NCBI RefSeq assembly: GCF_000354175.2 | Contig: NC_022359.1 | Location: 1,620,001 to 1,652,000 of the forward strand | Reading direction: 5' to 3' | Length of the DNA stretch: 32,000 nucleotides | Source of the DNA: Vibrio alginolyticus NBRC 15630 = ATCC 17749 | GTDB taxonomy: Bacteria; Pseudomonadota; Gammaproteobacteria; Enterobacterales; Vibrionaceae | Shown: one piece after another, positions 24,445-32,000 of the stretch | Layout of the letters: each line of letters starts with the position of its first letter | How positions within the stretch are numbered: the stretch's first letter is position 1 | Notes under the pieces: model-generated | Database searches by the model: none | Told to the model about the DNA's origin: nothing | The model's input: only the letters and a program-made list of their open reading frames with translations | Position numbers and translations under genes: made by a program

Positions 24445-26214
24445 ATGATCACCCCTTTAAAGGCAATCGGTGCACTCGCATTGTCATCACTTGCCATCGC
24501 GTGTTCATCACAACCCGAAGATACCGTGGCTTCATTCGCTACACAATGCAAGCCTACCACTGCACCCGTTACTGGGGAAACGTCAATTCAAGGTTTAACT
24601 TTTATCGGAACATCCGTTGCTGATGCACCATTCGACACATCGGCAGCTGAAATCGTGAGTTATGACGCCTGTACAGATAAGCTCTATGTGGTTAATGCTC
24701 AAGCAAAACGTGTCGATGTAATGTCTATGGATGACAACGGCGTACCAACGCAAAGCGCATTCATCGATCTCAACAGCGCTGGCGAAGCAGCGGGCATTGA
24801 AATTGGCGCAGCAAACAGTGTCGCTGTATTCAATGGTTTGGTAGCAGTTGCGATTGAAAACAGTAATAAACAAGCGAATGGTATTGTTGGCTTGTACCGC
24901 TCCGACGATTTGTCATTAGTCATGACGTTTCCAACAGGCGCATTGCCAGACATGGTTGGCTTCTCGAAAGATGGCCGATACATCGCAACCGCTAATGAAG
25001 GAGAGCCAAACAGCGATTACAGCATTGACCCTGAAGGTAGTATCACTTTGATCGCTCTGAGCCTTGGTGTTACTCAAGCAGAAGTGACACAAATTGGCTT
25101 TAACGAATTTGATGGTTCACGAAAAGCAGAGCTCCCAATGAATGTGCGTATTTCGGGGCCAAACGCCACCGTCGCACAAGATCTAGAGCCTGAATACCTC
25201 ACTTTTGCAGATAACGGTAAAATCTATGTCGCGCTACAAGAAAATAACGCCATGGCAATCGTCAATCCAGAGAGCAAATCGGTAGAAAAAATTGTTGGCT
25301 TAGGTGAGAAGTCTTGGTCGGGCGCTAAACTCGATGCATCCAACAAAGACAAAATCATTGGGAACTTGAAAAGCTACCCACAACTGGTTGGCTTATTTAT
25401 GCCTGACACCATCGACAGCTACTCAGTGAATGGGAGTACTTACATCGTATCTGCAAATGAAGGCGACGGGCGTGAGTACGGATTCACAACCACTCAAGAA
25501 CTGTGCGACAAAGCTGGCTTTATGTGGGATGAAGACGATTACCTCGGTACAGATGAATATACATCTGAGCAAGGAACCTGTTTAAGCCATATTGATGAAG
25601 TGCGCGGTAAGAAGCTGAAAGTGGCAGCAGAACACCCATTGGCAGAGGCACTAAAAGACAACAAACAACTCGCGCGTTTAAAAGTGATTAAGCCGGAACA
25701 AACGCTTTCTGCACAAGAGAATGTTCAATCATTTGGCGCGCGTTCATTCTCGATTTGGGATGAAAACGGCAAGTTGGTCTTCGATAGTGGTGACGATTTC
25801 GCGACTATCGCGCTGCTGAATGAAGGCAAGAACTTCAACAGCACCAACGATAACAATAATAGTGGCGATGACCGAAGTGATGATAAAGGTATTGAGCCAG
25901 AGGCGATTGAAGTAGCACAAATTAACGGTCGTCATTACGCGTTTATTGGCTTGGAGCGTCAAGGCGGTATCATGATTTATGACATCACAGACCCGAAACA
26001 AGCGCAGTTTATGCATTACGTCAACCGCCGTGATTACAATCAGCCAGTATGTACAGAAGTCGAAGATGGCGAATGCATGAACGACACATACAATCCAAAA
26101 GCAGGCGATTTAGGTCCAGAATCCATTAATTACTTTACCCGTAATGGTGGTCATTTTATCGCCGTTGGCAATGAGGTATCGGGCACGACATCCGTCTTCC
26201 GAATCAATCTATAA
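24445..26214 (+). CDS. Secreted lipoprotein, choice-of-anchor-I-like beta-propeller protein (relatives are often annotated as alkaline phosphatase)
   Basis: 589 aa. Strong RBS AAGGAG. Signal peptide with a lipobox-like SLAIAC|SS. Repeated propeller-like segments include PDMVGFSKDGRYIATANEGEP, LEPEYLTFADNGKIYVALQENNAMAIV, PDTIDSYSVNGSTYIVSANEGD and IEPEAIEVAQINGRHYAFIGLERQGGIMIYDI. The family name is from memory. Confidence 0.6.
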   Translation: MITPLKAIGALALSSLAIACSSQPEDTVASFATQCKPTTAPVTGETSIQGLTFIGTSVADAPFDTSAAEIVSYDACTDKLYVVNAQAKRVDVMSMDDNGVPTQSAFIDLNSAGEAAGIEIGAANSVAVFNGLVAVAIENSNKQANGIVGLYRSDDLSLVMTFPTGALPDMVGFSKDGRYIATANEGEPNSDYSIDPEGSITLIALSLGVTQAEVTQIGFNEFDGSRKAELPMNVRISGPNATVAQDLEPEYLTFADNGKIYVALQENNAMAIVNPESKSVEKIVGLGEKSWSGAKLDASNKDKIIGNLKSYPQLVGLFMPDTIDSYSVNGSTYIVSANEGDGREYGFTTTQELCDKAGFMWDEDDYLGTDEYTSEQGTCLSHIDEVRGKKLKVAAEHPLAEALKDNKQLARLKVIKPEQTLSAQENVQSFGARSFSIWDENGKLVFDSGDDFATIALLNEGKNFNSTNDNNNSGDDRSDDKGIEPEAIEVAQINGRHYAFIGLERQGGIMIYDITDPKQAQFMHYVNRRDYNQPVCTEVEDGECMNDTYNPKAGDLGPESINYFTRNGGHFIAVGNEVSGTTSVFRINL

Positions 26215-26240
26215 AGTAATGTAAAAGTCATTTAGAACCA

Positions 26241-26272
26241 AAACGCCCGACGTAAGCCGGGCGTTTTTTTGT
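26241..26272 (+). terminator. Rho-independent terminator after the lipoprotein gene
   Basis: AACGCCCG (26242-26249) pairs with CGGGCGTT (26258-26265) and is followed by TTTTTTG. Confidence 0.85.
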
Positions 26273-26285
26273 ATGAGGTAATGTC

Positions 26286-26624
26286 CTACTCTGCCGATGC
26301 TAGCGCGTCACACTTTGATGCGCAGATAAAATCGTTTTTATGCAGACCTTTGATAGAGTGACTCCACCACGTTACGGTAACCTTACCCCATTCCAACAAA
26401 ATAGAAGGATGGTGGAACTCATCTTCTGCCAGTTCCGCGATTTTGTTACTGAAAGCCCATGCTTGTTTGAAGTTCTTAAATTTATACACCTTTTCTAGTT
26501 GAGGTATATCTTCTCTTTCAATGATCTGCCAATCAGACAATTGCAGAAGCAGAGACTGTTGCTCTTCTTTGCTTAGTGCAATGGCATCGATACTACAAGC
26601 TTCGCATTTTTGTTCATTCAACAT
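26286..26624 (-). CDS. phhB: Pterin-4-alpha-carbinolamine dehydratase
   Basis: Trimmed to the ATG at 26624 ([11 protein letters not shown]...), giving 112 aa. The family motif is [22 protein letters not shown]. The start overlaps the phhA stop by 11 nt, which suggests translational coupling. Confidence 0.88.
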   Translation of the reverse strand: MLNEQKCEACSIDAIALSKEEQQSLLLQLSDWQIIEREDIPQLEKVYKFKNFKQAWAFSNKIAELAEDEFHHPSILLEWGKVTVTWWSHSIKGLHKNDFICASKCDALASAE

Positions 26625-27408
26625 GAGCAGGTTCCTTTGGTTCAAAAAGTGGAGGAAGCAGTCCAGCTTCAATCGCTAGATCGGCTTGTTTCAATAAATT
26701 TAACTGACTGATTTTAAAGAGCTGAGAAAAGTCATCAATCACGTAGTACTTCGGTTGCATGATGTCGATACGATAAGGCGTTCTCAGCACAGTTTGTAAT
26801 TCAAATGGGTCGCGAATTGCTACATCACTCTCTAATGCGTAGAGGGTTTCGCCAGGAGATGAGAGAATACCACCACCGTAAATTTTGGTTTTGTCCCCTT
26901 CTTTCACCAAGCCAAACTCTACGGTAAACCAGTAGAGGCGAGCGAGATAGGCTCTTTGTTTTGGGGTAGCGGCTTGCCCTAGTTGACCATAATGTTCGGT
27001 AAATGCAGCAAAATCTGGGTTGGTTAACATCGCACAATGACCAAATATTTCATGGAAGAAATCCGGCTCTTGCAAGTAATCGAACTCTTCTCTGGTACGC
27101 AAGAATGTGGCGACGGGAAAGCGCTTATTACCGAGTAGATTAAAAAATCGGTCGAAGTCAATAAGCGCAGGAACGGGCTCCACTTGCCAACCTGTTGTCT
27201 CCATCAGGACACGATTAATTTCTGGCAATTGAGGAACGCGGTCTTGAGGTAAATCAAGCAGCGTTAAACCGTGTAAATAAGCCTTACAAGCTCTGTTTTG
27301 GATCACACCCATTTGTCGTGTTACCAAATCTCGCCAAATGGCGTCTTCTTCACGGCTCCATTCAACCCTGCCTTCCTGGTTTACGGGTTTAGAACGATAC
27401 TGAGTCAT
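26614..27408 (-). CDS. phhA: Phenylalanine 4-monooxygenase (phenylalanine hydroxylase)
   Basis: 264 aa, a typical bacterial PhhA length. The iron-ligand region is [15 protein letters not shown], followed by YWFTVEFGL and [10 protein letters not shown]. Confidence 0.9.
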   Translation of the reverse strand: MTQYRSKPVNQEGRVEWSREEDAIWRDLVTRQMGVIQNRACKAYLHGLTLLDLPQDRVPQLPEINRVLMETTGWQVEPVPALIDFDRFFNLLGNKRFPVATFLRTREEFDYLQEPDFFHEIFGHCAMLTNPDFAAFTEHYGQLGQAATPKQRAYLARLYWFTVEFGLVKEGDKTKIYGGGILSSPGETLYALESDVAIRDPFELQTVLRTPYRIDIMQPKYYVIDDFSQLFKISQLNLLKQADLAIEAGLLPPLFEPKEPAHVE

Positions 27409-27500
27409 GGCACATCTCCATTAACAAATCCTTTACATTAAGCCTATCTTCAGTCTTAAGAGCTTCCAATCCCTGCGCGATTTTCTCAGCACCATCCCGA

Positions 27501-27518
27501 TGTAACATATTGTTTACA
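27501..27518. promoter_or_regulatory. Candidate TyrR (PhhR) box in the phhA / acetoacetyl-CoA synthetase divergent region
   Basis: TGTAACATATTGTTTACA matches the TyrR box consensus TGTAAA-N6-TTTACA at 11 of 12 specified positions. It lies 93 bp upstream of the phhA ATG and 113 bp upstream of the ATG at 27631. Confidence 0.55.
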
Positions 27519-27630
27519 ATGCATCGTAACTGCATGATTTTTATGACACGATATAATCTCTGGCTTGTTTGACTTTATCGTGTATTCCTCTCAAACTAAA
27601 ACCTGTTATCACTTTGTTATAGAGGGACCT

Positions 27631-29604
27631 ATGCGCGAGAGCAGCAAAGTATGGCAACCGAGCGAAAGTCGTATCGAAGAAGCCAACATTACACAGTTTA
27701 TTGAACACATTAATCGACAAGGAAATACCCTTGAAAGCTTCGCTGATCTGCATCAATGGTCACTCGATCATGTAGAAAAATTTTGGCAAGAAGTTTGGCT
27801 ATTCTGCGACGTCATTGGCACTCAGGGAGAGACCATAAAAGAGCGAGCAGAAAGTCGCTGGCAGCAACCTGTTGAAAATAGGGATATAAAATGGTTCCCA
27901 AACGCGCAAATTAACTACGCCGAAAATTTGCTAACCTACGCGTGTCACCAACCCGATGATCTCGCGATTTGGTTTGAAAATGAACGTGAAGAAAAACAGA
28001 CCTACACCTGGAAACAATTGTGCGAAGAAGTTTCGAGTGTGCAGCAATGGTTGAAAGAATGTGGAATTAAGCAAGGTGATGTCGTCGCTGGTTATTTACC
28101 TCACCTACCTCAAACGGTGATAGCCATGTTAGCAACCACCAGTTTAGGGGCAACCTGGACTTCTACCTCACCTGATTTTGGCGTTGAAAGCGTTTTGGAG
28201 CGCTTTGGTCAAGTGAAACCCAAAATCCTGTTTACTTGTGATGGCTATACATTCAATGGCAAAACTTTCGATATGTCTAAGAAAAACCAGCATATTGCGG
28301 ATCATCTTGATGGTCTTAAACAAGTTTGCCAAATTAGCTACCTTAAACCACACATTTTTGAATGCGATGTCTGCACCCAAGATTGGCAAAATGTCCTGAA
28401 TCAATACACCCCCGAAGCGCTGACTTTTACTCGTGTGAATTTTAACGATCCGCTATTTGTGCTCTATTCTTCAGGCACAACAGGCAAACCGAAATGCATC
28501 GTTCATTCCGTCGGCGGAACGGTGCTTAATCACTTGAAAGAGCATCAACTGCATTGCGATATCCAACCGAACGACCGAGTGTTTTATTACACGACCTGCG
28601 GTTGGATGATGTGGAACTGGCACGTTTCTTCACTCGCGAGCGGTGCATGTTTGGTGATTTTTGATGGTAGCCCTGTTTACCCCACTCATAATGTGCTCTG
28701 GGACCTCGCAGAACGAGCCGAAGTGACGCTGTTTGGAACCTCAGCAAAATACCTAGAGGCGCTGGAAAAAGCACCTTTTTCTCCGCAGAAAAGTGATGCA
28801 TTTCCAAGTCTGAAAACCATTTGCTCAACGGGCTCTGTTCTGTATCCAGAACAGTTTGATTATGTCTATCAGCGCATTAAAGAAGATGTACACCTCGCCT
28901 CGATTTCTGGCGGAACAGACATTTGTGGCTGCTTTGTATTGGGCAACCCTATTTCTCCCGTTTATCGGGGAGAGTGCCAATCAGCAGGGTTAGGGGTCGA
29001 TGTCCGAGTCTTTAACCCACAAGGTAATAGCGTAATGGGAGCGCGCGGTGAGTTGGTTTGTGCCAATTCATTACCCAACTTCCCTGCTGGCTTTTGGAAC
29101 GACACCGGTGAGAGATATCATCGTGCTTATTGGGATAAATTCGACAATATTTGGCACCACGGCGATGATGTTGAACAGACCCGCGTTGGGGGATACGTAT
29201 TTTATGGTCGAAGTGATACCACGTTGAATCCTGGTGGCGTAAGAATCGGCACGGCCGAAATCTATCAGCAAGTGAACTGTATAGACGGTATTCTAGATTC
29301 GATCGCAGTAGGAAAAGAAGTCGATCGCAACGAACAAATATGGCTGTTTGTCCAATTAGTCAAAGGGGTAGAGCTCAATGACGAGATGATCGCTTCCATC
29401 AAAGCACAGCTAAAGTCTGCATGTTCTCCAAGGCATGTACCTAGTGCAATTTACGCAATAAGCGATATACCTAAGACACGCTCAGGAAAGCTGGTCGAGT
29501 TAGCCGTTAAGCAAGTCGTTAACAACCGAAGCGTCGAAAATTTAGGCGCAATAGCCAACCCTGAAGTGCTGGAGGAGATACGCAGGATAGTCATCTCAAA
29601 ATAA
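27631..29604 (+). CDS. acsA: Acetoacetyl-CoA synthetase (acetoacetate-CoA ligase), AMP-forming acyl-CoA synthetase family
   Basis: The track start 27565 is trimmed to the ATG at 27631 (RBS AGAGGGA), giving 657 aa. The N-terminus VWQPSESRIEEANITQFIEH is typical of acetoacetyl-CoA synthetases. AMP-binding motifs are present: YSSGTTGKPKCIVHS, YGRSDTTLNPGGVRIG, and a C-terminal PKTRSGK. Confidence 0.85.
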   Translation: MRESSKVWQPSESRIEEANITQFIEHINRQGNTLESFADLHQWSLDHVEKFWQEVWLFCDVIGTQGETIKERAESRWQQPVENRDIKWFPNAQINYAENLLTYACHQPDDLAIWFENEREEKQTYTWKQLCEEVSSVQQWLKECGIKQGDVVAGYLPHLPQTVIAMLATTSLGATWTSTSPDFGVESVLERFGQVKPKILFTCDGYTFNGKTFDMSKKNQHIADHLDGLKQVCQISYLKPHIFECDVCTQDWQNVLNQYTPEALTFTRVNFNDPLFVLYSSGTTGKPKCIVHSVGGTVLNHLKEHQLHCDIQPNDRVFYYTTCGWMMWNWHVSSLASGACLVIFDGSPVYPTHNVLWDLAERAEVTLFGTSAKYLEALEKAPFSPQKSDAFPSLKTICSTGSVLYPEQFDYVYQRIKEDVHLASISGGTDICGCFVLGNPISPVYRGECQSAGLGVDVRVFNPQGNSVMGARGELVCANSLPNFPAGFWNDTGERYHRAYWDKFDNIWHHGDDVEQTRVGGYVFYGRSDTTLNPGGVRIGTAEIYQQVNCIDGILDSIAVGKEVDRNEQIWLFVQLVKGVELNDEMIASIKAQLKSACSPRHVPSAIYAISDIPKTRSGKLVELAVKQVVNNRSVENLGAIANPEVLEEIRRIVISK

Positions 29605-29694
29605 CCTCCGAAGACTAAGTTGTTCGAGTATGTCCTTGCCTGCACCACGACGCTTGTTTAGAGCAAGTGAAGTTACATATATCCTCAGCAGATA

Positions 29695-29725
29695 AGAAAA
29701 AAGCGAGCTTGTTAGCTCGCTTTTG
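29695..29725. terminator. Bidirectional rho-independent terminator between convergent genes
   Basis: AAAAAA-GCGAGC(29703-29708)-TTGTTA-GCTCGC(29715-29720)-TTTTGTCATTTTTT. Confidence 0.8.
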
Positions 29726-29752
29726 TCATTTTTTGTTCTTTATTCAGCGGTA

Positions 29753-30328
29753 TTAGCGACGACCAAGCCCCATTAATACCGACATTGTTTTACCATCAGA
29801 TGTAATGTCAAAAACGTGTTGCGATTCAACTTCAGTAAAACCCGCTTCTTTCAGTGCACGCTCAGACTTCGCAAGGGTAAAACCGTCTTGTTCACATTCT
29901 GCAATCCAATCAAAATGAACAAAATAGCCGCCGTGGTTAAGTAGAGAATGCGAGATCGTTAATGACGCGTCTAAGTCTTCCACAAACGCTAAAACTGATG
30001 ATGCAACCACCAAGTCGAACTGTCCACGAAACGCAGGGTGCTGAGCGACCAAGCCGCGAGATAATGCATCTACCACAGGTTCTACGTTGACGAGCTCTTT
30101 TTTATCGAGTTCCTCAATCATGGCTTCCGATGCGTCTAATGCTACGATGTCTTTAACCATCGGTGACAATCGTTGACTTAACTGCCCTGTTCCGCATCCA
30201 AAATCTAGTACTTTAATGCCATCAAGCTGAGTTAGCTGTTGTAACTGCTCAAACACCGACTGCGCAAATTGCTCTGTTGCTGGATTTGATTCCCAGTTTT
30301 TTGCTAAGCCGTCCCAATCTTGTGCCAT
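29753..30328 (-). CDS. Class I SAM-dependent methyltransferase
   Basis: The start is re-set to the ATG at 30328, which is preceded by GGAGG (MAQDWDGLAKNW...). Motif I is VLDFGCGTGQLS, with DLVVASSVLAFV after motif I. The substrate is unknown. Confidence 0.8.
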   Translation of the reverse strand: MAQDWDGLAKNWESNPATEQFAQSVFEQLQQLTQLDGIKVLDFGCGTGQLSQRLSPMVKDIVALDASEAMIEELDKKELVNVEPVVDALSRGLVAQHPAFRGQFDLVVASSVLAFVEDLDASLTISHSLLNHGGYFVHFDWIAECEQDGFTLAKSERALKEAGFTEVESQHVFDITSDGKTMSVLMGLGRR

Positions 30329-30499
30329 CGTGGCCTCCATGTTCACTTTTTGTAACCCACATAGATTACCGCAAAACCGTTAAAAGACCATAGACTTATC
30401 TGGCGGATTCGCGTTTTTTTCGATAATCTTTCATGGCTTTGGGAGCGCATCTGCATAATACCCAAATTATTTGAATTCATTTATTGGTTGTGTCAAATC

Positions 30500-31378
30500 A
30501 TGAACTTAACTCAAGTAGAAGCCTTCTGCACCATCGCTGAGTGTGGTTCTGTTTCTGAAGCGGCAAGGCAACTCGACTGCAATCGTACCAAACTCAGTAT
30601 GTCGATTAAGGCATTAGAGAAAGATCTCGACGTTGAATTGTTTAACCGAACTGGCAACCAGCTCACCCTCTCTGAAGCTGGGAAAGCCATTTACAAAGAT
30701 TGCGAACACCTACTTATCATCGCACAACGGGTCAGAAAGACCTGCGCTCAAATCTCGGAAGGGTTTAACGCGGAAGTTTGGGTAGCACGTGACGACTCCT
30801 TACCTGATGATCTCTGGCAAGAATTATCTCATACATTGAATAACCGCTTTCCTTCAACAACCTTCAACTTAATCTTGGCATCCAGTGGCGACTTAGCCAA
30901 CTTGGTCAGTACCCACCAAGTAGATTTTGCTTTCGGCGTTGATTATGAGCGAGTAGACGATCCTCGTATCGTATATAACCCATTAGGCAAGATACGTATG
31001 ATGTCAGTATGCAGTGTAGAACACCGCCTAAGTAAGATGCGCCGTGTCTCAGACGAAGATCTACGTAGTCAGATGCAAGCACTAATGGTGTACCTAAATG
31101 AGAAAGACAACCCTGAACTGCAACCTTTCTCGACTCGATATATTGGTTTTTCGAGTTTTGACTACATGCTGAACACCATCTTAGAAGAAGACGCTTGGGG
31201 CGTGCTTCCAGAACCATTAATCCGCCATTACCTTCGTCAGCAGAAGCTCGCCGTTATCAAACACACATACGGATTGACGCAAGAAGACTACTGTATGTTT
31301 TCACCTAACGGCCATACTGAGCATCCAGCAATGACGTGGTTAGCAGATAAATTGAGCGAGTATTTATTTGACTTCTAA
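30500..31378 (+). CDS. LysR-family transcriptional regulator
   Basis: The start is re-set from TTG 30488 to ATG 30500. MNLTQVEAFCTIAECGSVSEAARQLDCNRTKLSMSIKALEKDLDVELFNR is a canonical LysR HTH. The gene is divergent from the methyltransferase gene. Confidence 0.88.
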   Translation: MNLTQVEAFCTIAECGSVSEAARQLDCNRTKLSMSIKALEKDLDVELFNRTGNQLTLSEAGKAIYKDCEHLLIIAQRVRKTCAQISEGFNAEVWVARDDSLPDDLWQELSHTLNNRFPSTTFNLILASSGDLANLVSTHQVDFAFGVDYERVDDPRIVYNPLGKIRMMSVCSVEHRLSKMRRVSDEDLRSQMQALMVYLNEKDNPELQPFSTRYIGFSSFDYMLNTILEEDAWGVLPEPLIRHYLRQQKLAVIKHTYGLTQEDYCMFSPNGHTEHPAMTWLADKLSEYLFDF

Positions 31379-31554
31379 ACATTTTATCAGTGAGCGTCAA
31401 TTTTACTGACACCAAAAAATCACAGTAAGCCATTGTTTTATAGGAATATAAATAAAAACGCAATTTTTTAGATTAGTTACTGGTCACTTTGTGGTTGCCT
31501 AAATTACCTTATGAGCGAAGAATAGTAAGGTATTAAAATTCAAAGGCATCTTTT

Positions 31555-32000
31555 ATGTGTGACAGGACAAGCAAAAACGAAAACCGTATTCTAACCATTT
31601 CAGCCCTTTTGGCATCTGGGTTCGCTGCTGGTGGTATGGTACTTGGCTTGCTTGTAGGATCAATTGTCATCGTGTTTGACGGTGTTTACTCTTTGGTCAG
31701 CTTACTGTTAACTTTATTGTCACTGGCCGCTTCTTACTATATTAACAAGCCTTCAAAATCTGTATTCCCATTTGGAAAAGCGGTCTTAGAACCAATCGTT
31801 ATTGCGATAAAAGCAGCCGTCATTTTAGTGGTTGTAAGCTTCTCTCTCTACTCTGCGATATCAGCATTGATGTCTGGAGGTCGCGAGGTCGATGCTTCTA
31901 TTGCGACCTTATTCGGCATCGTGAATGTTATCGGTTGTGGTTACGCTTGGTGGCTTATGGCGAAACGCAGCCGCCGCTTCTCATCAGGCTTGATTGAAGC
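31555..32000 (+). CDS. Cation diffusion facilitator (CDF) family metal efflux transporter. Partial: the C-terminus lies beyond the right edge of the window
   Basis: Absent from the ORF track (no stop within the window); hand-translated from the ATG at 31555. The sequence MCDRTSKNENRILTISALLASGFAAGGMVLGLLVGSIVIVFDGVYSLVSLLL...FPFGKAVLEPIVIAIKAAVILVV... shows the TM1-TM3 pattern and the FPFG.....E motif typical of CDF proteins. Confidence 0.6.
   Translation, partial: MCDRTSKNENRILTISALLASGFAAGGMVLGLLVGSIVIVFDGVYSLVSLLLTLLSLAASYYINKPSKSVFPFGKAVLEPIVIAIKAAVILVVVSFSLYSAISALMSGGREVDASIATLFGIVNVIGCGYAWWLMAKRSRRFSSGLIE

Noticed and set aside
27409-27500. Search for a sigma-54 (-24 GG / -12 GC) promoter for phhA, as in Pseudomonas phhA
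   Set aside because: The minus strand has no TGGCAC-N5-TTGC-like element with correct spacing, and the closest candidate (TGGTGCTGAGAAAATCGC) fails the GG-N10-GC spacing.
1-32000. Scan for CRISPR arrays, tRNA or rRNA genes, IS elements, integrases, prophage genes and long direct repeats
   Set aside because: Nothing was recognisable by eye on either strand. The only evidence of foreign DNA is the compositional shift at 21216-22587.

Overview
Gene-dense chromosomal segment with about 28 protein-coding genes. I saw no rRNA, tRNA, CRISPR array, transposase or integrase. Gene content and protein sequences look like a marine Vibrionaceae genome; this is inference from family resemblance, as no search was possible. 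Most genes are ordinary sensory, metabolic or RNA-metabolism genes: a partial Aer-like PAS chemoreceptor, a ModF-like double ABC ATPase, a CSS-motif EAL c-di-GMP phosphodiesterase, an IclR regulator, two RhlE-type DEAD-box helicases, a YeiR/COG0523 GTPase, Pcp, a CspA-family protein, an orphan TrpB, PhhA-PhhB divergent from acetoacetyl-CoA synthetase, a SAM methyltransferase, a LysR regulator and a partial CDF transporter. Both edge genes are absent from the supplied ORF track and were read by hand. The best candidate for an undescribed system is an AT-rich two-gene islet at 21216-22587. It encodes a 303-aa protein whose C-terminus looks like a colicin-type channel-forming hairpin, overlapped by 11 nt with a 156-aa three-TM immunity-like gene, with no delivery machinery nearby. 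Other points worth a second look: a three-frame relic of an RNase R-type S1 domain downstream of the csp gene; a 12-bp CTAG-N4-CTAG palindrome (TrpR-operator-like) upstream of the orphan trpB; a near-consensus TyrR box between phhA and the acetoacetyl-CoA synthetase gene; an arginase-fold-like protein with apparently degenerate metal-ligand motifs coupled to the IclR gene; a monocistronic ~1000-aa secreted Cys-rich protein (possibly MshQ-like); and a ModF homologue whose first nucleotide-binding domain has lost the Walker A lysine and Walker B glutamate. Several start codons in the ORF track appear too far upstream and are re-set here.
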